Below, piece after piece: positions 30,201-40,590 of a stretch of DNA of 64,000 nt; position 1 is the first letter of the stretch, and each line of letters starts with the position of its first letter. A program made the position numbers and the translations under genes. Source of the DNA: Candidatus Bathyarchaeia archaeon (GTDB taxonomy: Archaea > Thermoproteota > Bathyarchaeia > Bathyarchaeales > Bathycorpusculaceae); NCBI GenBank assembly GCA_049512935.1, contig JBEKWR010000003.1, positions 111,025 through 175,024 of the forward strand, read 5' to 3'. The notes under the pieces were generated by a model. The model was not told the origin of the DNA. It made no database searches and was given only the letters and a program-made list of their open reading frames with translations.

Positions 30201-31697
30201 ATGGGTGCACGTTCACGAAACAAACAAAGAAGGCAGGAAACGCTCTCTAGCGAGACGAAAATAATCGTTATCGGCTTAGTGGTCGCCATAATCGGGTCAG
30301 TGATAGCGAGCTCCTACCAGAAGGCGACGCTTACAAACTACGCTGGCTTCGGCATGCTGCTCGCCGGAATATCCGTTCTCATCTTCGGCACGTGCGCCAC
30401 GGCTTGCGCAACGGTTAACGACCGCTTCGCCCAGTTTCCCGCGAAAAAAGCGGGCAAACCAAGAATGCTGGCTCTGAGCATATGGACTATCGGAATCGGC
30501 TTAATCCTCAGCATCATCGGCTCCATACTGAGCAGCAACTACGCCAAAAACTCATTCATGAATGTCGACGGATTCAGGATGCTTTTGGTTGGCATATGTT
30601 TTTTCGTTCTCGGAATATTCGGGACGCTTTTAGGCACTTTGCAGGCTAACTTGAACAGGAACAGGCGCCAAGCAGGTTTGCGGGGTGCCTGCCCAAGGTC
30701 TCTGTCCTCCAGCATACTGTCCATCGGCGTCGGGCTGGCCCTGATTATCGTGGGCTCAATTGTGGCTGGTTCCGCCGCGAAGGAAACAATCACGAACTAC
30801 ACGGGTTTTGGAATGCTGTTGGTAGGCATAGCCACCTTGACTCTGGGAATGTCAGGAACCGCCGTGACAATCGTCAAAAGCATCTTGGACTTGAACAAAG
30901 AGGATAGCGATGAAGGCAGGCCTGTGCTGGGCAGCATCTGGGCAATCGGCATAGGCGTAATGCTCCTTATCATCGGCTCCTTGATTGCTGGCTCCTACGC
31001 CAAAACAACCACGATGAACTACTCGGGCTTCGGCCTGATGCTGTCAGGTACAGGTATCTTCGTGTACGGACTTTTCGAAACCGCGCGTTTCTCAGCCATG
31101 GGCTACCTGAGCGGCAGATGGGCTGGAAACCGCGAAAAAAGCGACAGCGAACCCAGAGCCAGAAACTTCTGGGGAAACATTGTGAAATCAACCGCCGTGC
31201 TCAACCTTGCAGGGGTGATGGTTGCTATGGGACTGCTTTTCTTCAGCCTCTGGCAACTTGACCTTATCGTGAGTGGACCAGTATGGTGGCAGTCGCCGAC
31301 GAATCCTTACGGCGCAGGATGGAGTTGGCCTGGGCCTGGTGCCTACGCGAAAGACCGCTTCCAATGCTTCCTGTGGGTAACCACCGTCGGACAGGCATAC
31401 GATACCCTGTTCATGCTGATCTTCATCTCATTCATAATCCTGTTTGCAAGCGCATTCTTCTGGCCGCGCTCAAGAGGAAACCTCGATTTGGCTCCTAAAC
31501 CCAAGTCCCGCAGCACAACAAGAAATCCCAAGACCACGGCGCGAAGAAGCAACGCACAGAAAAGTCAGCCCACAGCCACTGAATCCACGGACGCTCCTCC
31601 AGAAAAACCTGCCGAATCGCCTGTTGTTTCCCAAGAGGAAACGCCGCAATCTCCTGTCTATGCTCAAGAAGACGATGGCGCCTTGGGTGGGACTTGA
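30201..31697 (+). CDS. Polytopic membrane protein built from repeated TM hairpins
   Basis: Four repeats of IIGSxxAxSYAKxxxxNYxGFGMLLxG; low-complexity tail; stop codon lies in a tRNA-derived fragment. Confidence 0.8.
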   Translation: MGARSRNKQRRQETLSSETKIIVIGLVVAIIGSVIASSYQKATLTNYAGFGMLLAGISVLIFGTCATACATVNDRFAQFPAKKAGKPRMLALSIWTIGIGLILSIIGSILSSNYAKNSFMNVDGFRMLLVGICFFVLGIFGTLLGTLQANLNRNRRQAGLRGACPRSLSSSILSIGVGLALIIVGSIVAGSAAKETITNYTGFGMLLVGIATLTLGMSGTAVTIVKSILDLNKEDSDEGRPVLGSIWAIGIGVMLLIIGSLIAGSYAKTTTMNYSGFGLMLSGTGIFVYGLFETARFSAMGYLSGRWAGNREKSDSEPRARNFWGNIVKSTAVLNLAGVMVAMGLLFFSLWQLDLIVSGPVWWQSPTNPYGAGWSWPGPGAYAKDRFQCFLWVTTVGQAYDTLFMLIFISFIILFASAFFWPRSRGNLDLAPKPKSRSTTRNPKTTARRSNAQKSQPTATESTDAPPEKPAESPVVSQEETPQSPVYAQEDDGALGGT

Positions 31698-31700
31698 ACC
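31676..31700 (-). repeat. Degenerate tRNA 3'-end fragment (att-like), most distal
   Basis: Minus strand GGTTCAAGTCCCACCCAAGGCGCCA: T-arm plus acceptor-like strand and CCA; core ggtgggacttgaacc at 31686. Confidence 0.65.
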
Positions 31701-31787
31701 TATAAAAGCCATCGGCTCGCAGACAGGTTTTTTACTACGAAATTGTAGTAATTCCTTATTAGTGGGAAATGCTAATAAATACTGAGA

Positions 31788-32048
31788 ATGAGACAGATGG
31801 CTTCAGTAACGGTCACAAGGCATTCACAAGTCACAATACCCAAAGAAATACGTGAAGAAGTGGGCATAACGGAAGGAGATAAGCTGAAAATGAGCGTAGT
31901 GGAAGGCAACAAGATAGTGATTGAAAAAGCTAACCCAGACGCGTGGAAAGATTGCACAGACTTTTTGCCTGAGGACTTCGAAAAAGTGCTAGCATCTCTA
32001 CGCTCCGACTCAACCAACAGATTCAAGCGCCTAGGGCTGGTTCCCTGA
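31788..32048 (+). CDS. vapB: AbrB/MazE/SpoVT-type antitoxin
   Basis: VTRHSQVTIPKEIREEVGITEGDKL. Confidence 0.88.
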   Translation: MRQMASVTVTRHSQVTIPKEIREEVGITEGDKLKMSVVEGNKIVIEKANPDAWKDCTDFLPEDFEKVLASLRSDSTNRFKRLGLVP

Positions 32049-32049
32049 A

Positions 32050-32514
32050 TTGCCAGAAAAAAAGAAAGCGGCTGCAAAAGAACTGAAAACTGTATTCGTT
32101 GACACCTCGATAATTGTGGATGTCGACAGGGGAAAAGAGGACGTAATAGAGCTTTGTAAAACATTAACGAGCACCAATAGCGCTTTTATAAGCACCGTAA
32201 GCGTTTCCGAAATATTGACTGGGGCATATCTGAGAAAAGACTACAAGGCCGCCGTAAAGAAAGCGGAAAAGGTGCTTGGTCAATTTCGCTGGGTCACATT
32301 AAACGGTGAGGCAGCAAAGCTTGTTGCTGAACTGAATGCGTATCTGCTCTCAAAAGGGCAACCGATAGAGTACCAAGATGTGGCAATTGCCGCTTCCTTT
32401 CTTCTGGAGTGCTGCGATGTGATGCTGACCGAAAATAAAGACCATTTTGAGAGGCTTCCTAACCTGAAAGGCAAAGTAATGACTCCCAAAGAGTTTCGCC
32501 AAGAATTCTATTAA
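32050..32514 (+). CDS. vapC: VapC PIN-domain toxin
   Basis: VFVDTSII, ISTVSVSEI, DVAIAA, LTENKDHF. Confidence 0.88.
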   Translation: MPEKKKAAAKELKTVFVDTSIIVDVDRGKEDVIELCKTLTSTNSAFISTVSVSEILTGAYLRKDYKAAVKKAEKVLGQFRWVTLNGEAAKLVAELNAYLLSKGQPIEYQDVAIAASFLLECCDVMLTENKDHFERLPNLKGKVMTPKEFRQEFY

Positions 32515-32581
32515 TGGTAACCTCCTTTTTTGTTGCTTTAACTCAAAAATTAGTAACTTTGATTTTACTAAGGTTACTCAG

Positions 32582-32605
32582 TAGCGCCCAGGTGGGACTT
32601 GAACC
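32582..32605 (-). repeat. Degenerate tRNA 3'-end fragment (att-like)
   Basis: tagcgcccaGGTGGGACTTGAACC; core at 32591. Confidence 0.65.
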
Positions 32606-32998
32606 TAAAATCGGCAGAAATATCAGCCACATTTCCCTTTTTTAATCTAAAGTGAATGTTAGAACAGTTTCCTAAACAAAGTCAAGTCTTTTCTCTTCAA
32701 ACCGACAAATGAATATAAATCCCTGAAAACGGAATAGCTAAGATATTAGCCACCCAGATTTTTATTAACAACCCGTTGAATGCTTTTTACCGTTGCTTCC
32801 ATTCCTTTTTTCCTTTGTTTTTTGTCTGTCCTTTTACGTCGCTTTTCGGTTTGTTTTTAGTTTTGTTTTTTATTTTGAACCCTCCTTACTCATCATTCAA
32901 CTATTCAATTGTCCTCCACGCTTATTCGGTTTGCCTCTCTCGAACTATAAATAGTGCACATTGTAAATTTTAAAACCGCCAAAGGACCCTAATTCTAT

Positions 32999-33103
32999 CT
33001 AGCCTATTTTAATTGCAATCGGCTTCTCGTTTTCTTCAACTTGTTTTTCCATCGCTTTTCTTGAAATGGTCATATCTGCTTGATCAAAGACTACAACAAT
33101 CAT
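32999..33103 (-). pseudogene. Possible truncated PIN-toxin remnant
   Basis: MIVVVFDQ... directly after the AbrB gene resembles a PIN beta-1 start; stops after 34 aa. Confidence 0.3.
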
Positions 33104-33117
33104 TGCAATTTCAAGCC

Positions 33118-33417
33118 CTATTTCTTTTTAGCCCTTGCCGCTTTCTCTTTTCTGTATTTTTGTATTTCCTCTTCTATGTCATCTTGGGTTAACTCGCCGT
33201 ATTTTGCGATTCTTTCATCAACTCGCCTGTATATGGCTTCAAGCTCTTTTGACAAGTCTGGTTCTTCAAATTTTTTCAGTATTACGGAATTGTTGTACTC
33301 GTAAACGAGAAATTTTGTTTTCGGTTTCAAGCCCATTCTTGACCTTATTTTTGCAGGTATGACAACTTGGCCTTTTTCGCTGAGAATCGTGAGTTCGGCT
33401 TTTTCATTCTGACCCAT
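33118..33417 (-). CDS. AbrB/MazE-type antitoxin
   Basis: LSEKGQVVIPAKIRSRMGLKP; tail DIEEEIQKYR. Confidence 0.85.
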   Translation of the reverse strand: MGQNEKAELTILSEKGQVVIPAKIRSRMGLKPKTKFLVYEYNNSVILKKFEEPDLSKELEAIYRRVDERIAKYGELTQDDIEEEIQKYRKEKAARAKKK

Positions 33418-33563
33418 TTGCAGCCACCGAATGTTATCTTACTTTCTTACCTAAAGAACATATCTCCTCTGCAAATCATCAACACTCTGACCATCAATAA
33501 TGTGCACTAAATTCCGATTTATGGAAAGTATTGGCCGTTTGAAAAAAATAACCTCGTATTTAG

Positions 33564-33636
33564 TGGTGCCGGGGGTGGGACTTGAACCCACGAAGGCCTG
33601 CGCCAGAGGATCTTAAGTCCTCCTCCATATCTTAGG
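33564..33636 (-). repeat. 73-bp duplicate of the tRNA-Leu 3' portion (attR-like)
   Basis: 71/73 identical to 34416..34488, including anticodon arm, CCA and 10 nt of the intron. Confidence 0.95.
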
Positions 33637-33639
33637 CAC

Positions 33640-34062
33640 TCACTGAGTCTGATTTTTTTGGCGATTTTGAGCAATCTCGTCAAGCGTTAGGGTTTTGATA
33701 TTTGGGGCAATCTTCTTTGTCAGACGCAGATCCTCAGTTACCAAAATCGACGCTTTCGACTTGGCAAAATAAGTATAGGACGCATCGTAGAAAGTAATTC
33801 CAAATTGCCCTGAAGTTTCCAAGATTTCTTCTTCCTTGGGAACTATCTGATGGATTTCCATTGCGTTTAGAGCGTGTTTGATTGCGTTCATTAGCGATCG
33901 GGCTTCCTCTTTGGAGATTTTTGCTTGCAACAAGTAGTCTTTCCAGACTATGTTTCCGAGTTCATATCTTGCGATTTCTAACGTGCCGTTTCCTGTTAGA
34001 AGGTCAATATTGTTTTCCTTAATGGCCCTGATAATCGCTGAGGAATCAAAGAGATACCTCAT
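33640..34062 (-). CDS. vapC: VapC PIN-domain toxin
   Basis: YLFDSSAI, YELGN, ITFYDASY, LVTEDLRL. Confidence 0.9.
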   Translation of the reverse strand: MRYLFDSSAIIRAIKENNIDLLTGNGTLEIARYELGNIVWKDYLLQAKISKEEARSLMNAIKHALNAMEIHQIVPKEEEILETSGQFGITFYDASYTYFAKSKASILVTEDLRLTKKIAPNIKTLTLDEIAQNRQKNQTQ

Positions 34063-34292
34063 CGGCTTTCCCGATCTTCCCTTATGCTTCTTACTATTTC
34101 TTCCATGCTGACTTTGTCGAGTATCGGCTTTAGCTTGGTTATTTCTTCTTTTAGCTCTTCGATTTCCTTTCTCTTAACCTCATCCTCTATTGCTTTTCGT
34201 AGAAGCTTGGACGGCTTGATTTTGAGCTTTATCATCTTCTCTTTGAGTGGCTTGGGAATTTTCGTTGATACCGTTACGCATTCACTGGTCAA
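34059..34292 (-). CDS. vapB: VapB-type (RHH-like) antitoxin
   Basis: VTVSTKIP...LLRKAIEDE...IRSIREDRESR; ATGA overlap with the toxin. Confidence 0.85.
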   Translation of the reverse strand: MTSECVTVSTKIPKPLKEKMIKLKIKPSKLLRKAIEDEVKRKEIEELKEEITKLKPILDKVSMEEIVRSIREDRESR

Positions 34293-34415
34293 TTTCTCAC
34301 CGAGAAGTAGTAATAAAAAGTAGTAGAAAAGGTTTGCTTAAACTGTTTTACCAAAATGGCGACCCACAACGCAAGCGACAAACTGCACAGAAGGTCGTTT
34401 TTATGTTGGCGTTTT

Positions 34416-34536
34416 TGGTGGCGGGGGTGGGACTTGAACCCACGAAGGCCTGCGCCAGAGGATCTTAAGTCCTCCTCCCTATCTTAGGTGAAGTTTTTTC
34501 TGGCCACCTATTTAGACCTGGCTCGGATACCCCGCC
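34416..34536 (-). tRNA. tRNA-Leu(UAA) with a 33-nt D-loop intron and encoded CCA
   Basis: Acceptor GGCGGGG/CCCCGCC-A-CCA; anticodon arm GAGGA-CTTAAGA-TCCTC; long variable arm; T-arm GTGGG-TTCAAGT-CCCAC; intron 34479..34511 in a BHB (helix GTCT/AGAT, bulges AAA and AGG). Confidence 0.93.
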
Positions 34537-34919
34537 ACCAGCACCGATACTTCACGGCGCGGTATTGTTTAAGTTTTATGCATAAGGCACCTTGGACCCA
34601 GAGCTGGCTGTTTCTTTGCACTGGCAGTGAACAAGTTGCACGGTTTTTTGCGTCGTGCATAAAGATAAGGCGGATTCTTCGATGGATTTGGACCCACAAC
34701 TTGCTGGTAACATCGCCAATTCTTCCTGCGCAGCCGCTTTCTCTTTTTTTTAAATAATTTACGGCATTCCGCATCAGCCCATTACCCTTAAACCCTCGTC
34801 ATACATCAAAACCTCGACCCGTTGCTGAATTGAAGAATATGGTCAATAACATAATCATACCAAACTTTTCTTGAGTCTGCAAATGGCATTGAAAAAAATA
34901 AAAAAAGGCGAGGTGGTGT

Positions 34920-36839
34920 CTAATAGTAGTATTGGAGCAATACGGTTGTGTCTCCTACTGCCCACAGATTTCCGTTGCCGTCCACGAATCCAAGAGACGC
35001 AGACATTCCCATTAGCATTGCTTCACCATATAAGGGGTCGTAAGCATACTGATCTGCGCTTAGAGGATATACACCAAGAGGCAAAGAGATTGTTAAATAG
35101 CCAGTATTTGGATCTGTGACTCCCACCCAATTATTGTTTATGTAAACATCGGTAGAAACTGGATAATAGCTTGGGTCATACGCCCAAAAAGTAATGGAGT
35201 ATGTCGGTATATATTTGTAGTATGCGGTTATGCTTTCACTCCCTACGATTGGTATGTCTACAGAGTTTCCGTAGTAATTGCTGCCGTCGAAAAAGCAACT
35301 GAAAGCTCCTCCTACATCTGAATCAGGCGCGTAGAATAATGGATCAGGATCTAGCAAATTAACAGTGTTGCCGCTTGTAACCCAGTTGCCATCCACTGCG
35401 ATTGGGATGCCACTAACATAACTCCCGGTGGACTCATCATAAGCGAGTATAGTCACACTCGGATCACCGCTTGCCCAAACTGCGCCTATATACAATGATA
35501 CTCCGCGGTCGGGATTATACCCTGCAACAGCGAGGTATTTGAAATCAGCGTAGTAACCAATCGGGATCCACTGCGCGTTAGAAGGGGAAACTTCAATAGG
35601 GCTATTGATTTGGTACCAAGTATTGTCATCCATTGAAACGAACACGTAAAGATCGCTGGGGTATGTCGAATCTGAACAGCCATATACATAGATGTTTCCG
35701 CCTGCAACTCCACTCATCTGTCCTACTATATTACCGCCGTCTCCGGCACTTTCTCCATATATGTGTGCGAAACTGCCATCGGGTTTTTTTGTGGCTAAGT
35801 CATCCGGGTTACTAACGTAACCATTACCGTATGGTGCAGAACTAACTTCACTGGAAACATAGAAATATTGTTGACTAAGCATTGACCAATAGTAATTACC
35901 GTTGCCTGAACCAACTTTTGTTTCGATGCCACTAGGTGCACTTCTTTGATTAGAGGGACCACGATAACAACCCGTTGCGTTTGTATTAAGCGTTGTCTCG
36001 ACATATGGGCAATTATCCACCGTAATTCCCGTGTCCAAATTCCCTGTCTCAACACAGCTTGCAGGAGAATACTCAACGTCATTAAAAAGCAAACTTATGC
36101 CCGGCGGTGTGATTTCATTAAAGGAATGAGTGGACCAACAATCTTGCGGATTATTCAAGTCTTGGATCCAAAAAGTCACTTGAGGTGTTCCATCAACCAT
36201 TGCCGCTGAGAAATTACATTCATAATAGTCGCCAATATGGGGCATTATATCATCGTCAATAGGCGTGTTATAGGTGCCAACGCCATAGAAATCTATAGCG
36301 CTAATACAAAATGACACTTCGCCGCCTGGCATAATCTATGTAAAATTGATACCACACGTAGCCCACGCCTGGTGTACCGAAATCTATGTTCACAGGCTCA
36401 TAGTAAACATAACCATCTCCAAGGTTACCGAACGTGTTTGGCTCTACCTGAAATGTTGGATACATATCTGCCATATTGTTTTGAGAATTAGCAAAATAAG
36501 TTACGTCCCACGTGACGTTAGCTCCACTATCCTGGTCTTCTTGGGATACCAATTGATTAGTCCACTTATTAGAGGAACTCGACGTTATGTTGGCAGGTGA
36601 AACGGGTGCCGTAGGTATATGATTGGTGAATTAACTTTGATTATTTGGGACGAGCCGCCAATGCTCGGCGGAGAGAGCGGAATGTTTGCAGTTGGGTTAG
36701 CCGACGTTTGTGGTGTTGTATCCGCGTTGATGTTTTGTGGCAGAGCTTTTACATTTTTTGTTGATATTGCAAAGGCGCTAGAACAAAGAATCATTAGCAG
36801 AATTGTTGCAACCAATAGCTTTGGTCCTTTTTTTGTCAT
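34920..36839 (-). pseudogene. Large secreted/surface protein gene split by two frameshifts
   Basis: Signal peptide in 36585..36839, continuing in another frame (about 36620-36330), then 34920..36332; composition is continuous (Y/G/S/N-rich). Confidence 0.6.
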
Positions 36840-37132
36840 TTTCTTTTACCTCCCGGGTTTTAAGGAAAGTTGCTTCTTTCCCGTATTGGCTATTTAGCGG
36901 TTGTTGCTTAAATGATTTTAGTTTTTCTTCAATCAATAGAATACACAAAAAAAAAGAATAACTTTGGAAAATAGGGTTAAATTGCGACAAGATTTTGCGC
37001 AAAAATCAACAAAATGTTAATTTTGGTCAAAAAATAATCAAATCGCTAAGCTAAAAATTATAAATAAACACATGAAATTAGAGAAAATAAGGTTATTTTA
37101 ATCTCCTAAGCTCTTAGGCAATCAGGCCGCCG

Positions 37133-37663
37133 TTAAGCTGCGGGGATACCTTCCAGATACCTGAAGATTAAGCTATAGCGGTCAACGTCGCGGCTGCTTG
37201 TGGCCATGTAGATGGCCAGAGATGTGGTTTGACCGTCGTTCAACTCGACCATCCAATAACCAAAAGGCTCACCGGCCGGATAGTATAAGTTTGAATTAAT
37301 CCGAGCGCCGTTTTTATCGTAAAGATCAGCGTACAAAATGAAGAATACCCTCGAGCCGTTAAACTGAGGCTGAATAATGTTCGGAGGCGGCTGCTGGAGT
37401 GTGTAGTCGCTTCTGACAGTTACGTTTATCATGAAGACAGCTGTTCCCCGATAGGTGCCGTAGTATGGTTTTGCCGATATTAGGTAGATGCTGCTGTTTC
37501 CTATGTAGCCGGGTGCTGCAGGTTCAAGAACCGCCGTTGAGGGGCTAACGCTGTTCGCTGGCTTCATGGCTAACTGTTGGAAAACGACGACGCCGATTGT
37601 AACGGCTATGATTACGATAAGTAACGCTCCAAGAGTTCGACTAAATTTCAAGACATACCACAT
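37133..37663 (-). CDS. N-terminally anchored hypothetical protein
   Basis: N-terminal TM, beta-rich domain. Confidence 0.7.
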   Translation of the reverse strand: MWYVLKFSRTLGALLIVIIAVTIGVVVFQQLAMKPANSVSPSTAVLEPAAPGYIGNSSIYLISAKPYYGTYRGTAVFMINVTVRSDYTLQQPPPNIIQPQFNGSRVFFILYADLYDKNGARINSNLYYPAGEPFGYWMVELNDGQTTSLAIYMATSSRDVDRYSLIFRYLEGIPAA

Positions 37664-38495
37664 TTACTTGTTGTATATCAGTGCTAATATATTTATGTGA
37701 AAAATTCCCCTTTCTCATAGTTACGGTGTGGTGTTGTTCAAGTTTTTTGCATGAGCGGTTTCTTTGCGTAGGTTTTTTTTCTGACCCTGGGATGGGATGG
37801 GTTTTTCTTGCGGGTTCGGGTCTGCGGATTTCTTTTCGTTTCTTGCGCCTTGTAGCCCATGCCGCTGGAGGAGTTACCGCTGACCGGGAACCGTCGAGTT
37901 TGGTATAAGCCGATTTATACCAGACTTTTCCACAATTTTCCTCGTTTTCGAGCAGAAAAGCAAAATTTGAAGAGGCTGATTTACGCTCTAAAACAAAAAA
38001 ACAATCAGAGTCAGCCCCTAAGCAGACCCAGTCTACTGAAGGAGGGGGCTACTTTTTACATCAAAATCCCAACGTAAAAAGCATCAACTCTCACGCCGTT
38101 GTTTCTAGCATTGGGCTACAACATAACGTTATATTCCATGTTGAGTCACTATTTTTTGCCAGTTGGGGAACACGCTTCGCGTAAGCATCAATTTGCTCTG
38201 GCAAAAGTTAGATGTTATCTGAGATAACGTCAAAGAAACATTTTGGCAATGCGGAAACTTATGATGCAAAAAAACGTGGGGTTTTGACCCAACTGGCACT
38301 TCAAATTTTCTCGCAGCTGCGGATGCAGAGTGCAGATGCTTCATCCCCCTACCGGGTAACCTTCCCACATAACAAACCAAAACAAAGCTCAAACCAGCCA
38401 TTTTTCTCCGCAAAAAACAACCTCAAGCACGGAACTTTCTGCTACGCTTATATCTCCCGACTGCGGTATGTTGTTTCTGAGGAGATGACTCAAGG

Positions 38496-38774
38496 ATGCC
38501 CGCTATAGAAGTTGGCAGAATATGCGTAAAGCAAGCCGGTCGAGAGAACGGCAAAAAATGCGTCGTCATAGACGTGATGGATAAAAGTTTCGTACTGGTA
38601 ACAGGCCCAAAAAAGGTCACTGGGATCAAGCGGCGACGCGTAAACATCAACCACGTTATGCCTCTTCAAGAGAAAATCGAGGTTAAACGAGGCGCCTCAG
38701 ACGAAGAGGTAGCGCAGGTTTTAGAGGCAGCCGGCAAACTGCAGGAAATGACTCAGCCCGTTAAACTCGCATAG
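38496..38774 (+). CDS. rpl14e: 50S ribosomal protein L14e
   Basis: [26 protein letters not shown]...GIKRRRVN. Confidence 0.95.
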   Translation: MPAIEVGRICVKQAGRENGKKCVVIDVMDKSFVLVTGPKKVTGIKRRRVNINHVMPLQEKIEVKRGASDEEVAQVLEAAGKLQEMTQPVKLA

Positions 38775-38836
38775 TTTAAGCTTTAATATCTCATGTTTCT
38801 TTTTTCTTATCAACCCGATTAGGACCTGAACACTTT

Positions 38837-39859
38837 ATGCCCAGAACGACGCCGCCTTGGGAAATCAAACATGAACTGTTTACGAAAGCCGAGGACACCA
38901 CCGACCCGAAATACGGGCATCAGCCTTCCCAGCGGCCCGCCAAAGAGTACATCAAATACGGCACCATCAACCTGGACAAGCCCGCTGGACCCACAAGCCA
39001 CGAGGTTGCAGCATGGGTAAAAAAAATCATGAAGCTAAAAGGCATCGGGCACGGAGGCACCTTAGACCCTAAGGTAACAGGCGTTTTACCCATCACGCTT
39101 GAGGCTGCCACAAAGATTGTTCAGGCGTTCCTCTACGGCGGCAAAGAGTACGTCTGCGTCATGAAGCTGCACGGTGACGCGCAGGAACCCCAGATCAAGC
39201 AAGTTCTGAGCGAGTTTGAGGATGAGATTTACCAGCGCCCGCCCTTGCGGTCTTCGGTCAGGCGGCAACTTCGCACACGACGCATCTACTACATCGACTA
39301 TTTGGAGTCTGATGGGCGCAACGTGCTCTTCATCGTCGGCTGCGAGGCAGGCACTTACATACGCAAACTCTGCTTTGACATCGGCGAAATCCTCGGAGTA
39401 GGCGCGCACATGCAAGAGCTGCGAAGAACCCGCTCTGGGCCATTCACCGAGAACAGCGCCTCCAAGGTGACTTTGCATGATGTTGCCTACTGGTTCGGCG
39501 AGTGGGAACAGAAGAAGGACGAGGCGATTCTGCACAGGTTCATCGTGCCTATGGAGGAAGCGTTGAGCCTGCTGCCGAAAGTCGTCGTTCGAGACTCCGC
39601 CGTTGACGCACTGTGCCACGGCGCCAACTTGACTGCTCCCGGCGTGCTTCAGGTTGAGAGCGGAATCAAGAAGGGTTCGATCTTAGCCGTTTTCACGTTG
39701 AAAGGCGAGGCGGTGGCGCTGGGAAAGGCGCTTGCCTCCACTGAGGAGATGCTGGATCTGAAGCATGGCGCGGTCGTCGGGCTGGAGCGGGTTTTGATGG
39801 AGCGGGGCACTTACCCGAAGGTTTGGAAGTCAGGGTCGGAGCATGAACCCGAAAAATAA
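38837..39859 (+). CDS. cbf5: H/ACA pseudouridine synthase Cbf5
   Basis: LDKPAGPTSH, GHGGTLDPKVTG, CEAGTYIR, C-terminal PUA domain. Confidence 0.95.
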   Translation: MPRTTPPWEIKHELFTKAEDTTDPKYGHQPSQRPAKEYIKYGTINLDKPAGPTSHEVAAWVKKIMKLKGIGHGGTLDPKVTGVLPITLEAATKIVQAFLYGGKEYVCVMKLHGDAQEPQIKQVLSEFEDEIYQRPPLRSSVRRQLRTRRIYYIDYLESDGRNVLFIVGCEAGTYIRKLCFDIGEILGVGAHMQELRRTRSGPFTENSASKVTLHDVAYWFGEWEQKKDEAILHRFIVPMEEALSLLPKVVVRDSAVDALCHGANLTAPGVLQVESGIKKGSILAVFTLKGEAVALGKALASTEEMLDLKHGAVVGLERVLMERGTYPKVWKSGSEHEPEK

Positions 39860-40466
39860 CGGCGTCGATCACTATTTCACAAGCGCGCCCAAGTCTAAAG
39901 AACGCTTCGGTCTTGTTCGAACCTGCCTCCGAGGAAGAAACTTCGAGTTTTTGACTGCTTCAAGCGTTTTTTCGAAGCGCCGCATAGACTTAGGCACGAG
40001 GCTGCTTATTGAATCGATGCTGCTGCCCGCGGAAGGCTGCGTTTTGGACATCGGCTGCGGCTACGGCCCGGTCGGTATCGTCGCCGCATCGCTTAACTCG
40101 AAGCTGCGCGTGGTGATGACGGACGTGAACATGAGAGCTGTCCGCCTGGCAAGAAAAAATGTTGAATTAAACAACATCGGCAACACTGAGGTGCGTTACG
40201 GACACTTCTACGAGCCAGTTGACGACTTAGTTTTCAGCTGTGTCCTGTCTAACCCTCCAGTCAGCGCTGGCATGGAAACCGTGAAAGCCATCGTGAAGGG
40301 AGCGCCGCAGGTTCTTGCGGATCAAGGGACTTTTCAGATGGTCATCCGATCCAAGATAGGCTCTAAGGCTTTGCCGGCTTTTTTCGAGGAAACGTTTGGG
40401 AACGTTAAGATTCTTTCACGAGGCAGCGGGTTCCGTGTGCTTCTGGGGCAACGCGTCACGGTGTAG
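39843..40466 (+). CDS. Class I SAM methyltransferase (RsmC/MTS family)
   Basis: DHYF, VFS..IDLGT, LDIGCGYG, SNPP. Confidence 0.88.
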   Translation: MNPKNNGVDHYFTSAPKSKERFGLVRTCLRGRNFEFLTASSVFSKRRIDLGTRLLIESMLLPAEGCVLDIGCGYGPVGIVAASLNSKLRVVMTDVNMRAVRLARKNVELNNIGNTEVRYGHFYEPVDDLVFSCVLSNPPVSAGMETVKAIVKGAPQVLADQGTFQMVIRSKIGSKALPAFFEETFGNVKILSRGSGFRVLLGQRVTV

Positions 40467-40590
40467 TTTTAGGTTTTTGGGGTTGCGCCTGATTATTTGG
40501 CTGACAAATGGGGAATGTTTATCTGCCATGATTTTATATGGATAGGCTTCAGCATGTAAATTGGCGTAGCATCTAAATGGTGACTGAAAG

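Noticed and set aside
32787-32900. Lys-rich minus-strand reading frame after a GGAGG
   Set aside because: No canonical start codon in frame; an A-rich tract can produce this by chance
37700-38480. Several 70-98 aa ORFs upstream of rpl14e
   Set aside because: Overlapping, low complexity and with no recognisable motif; probably intergenic or decayed sequence
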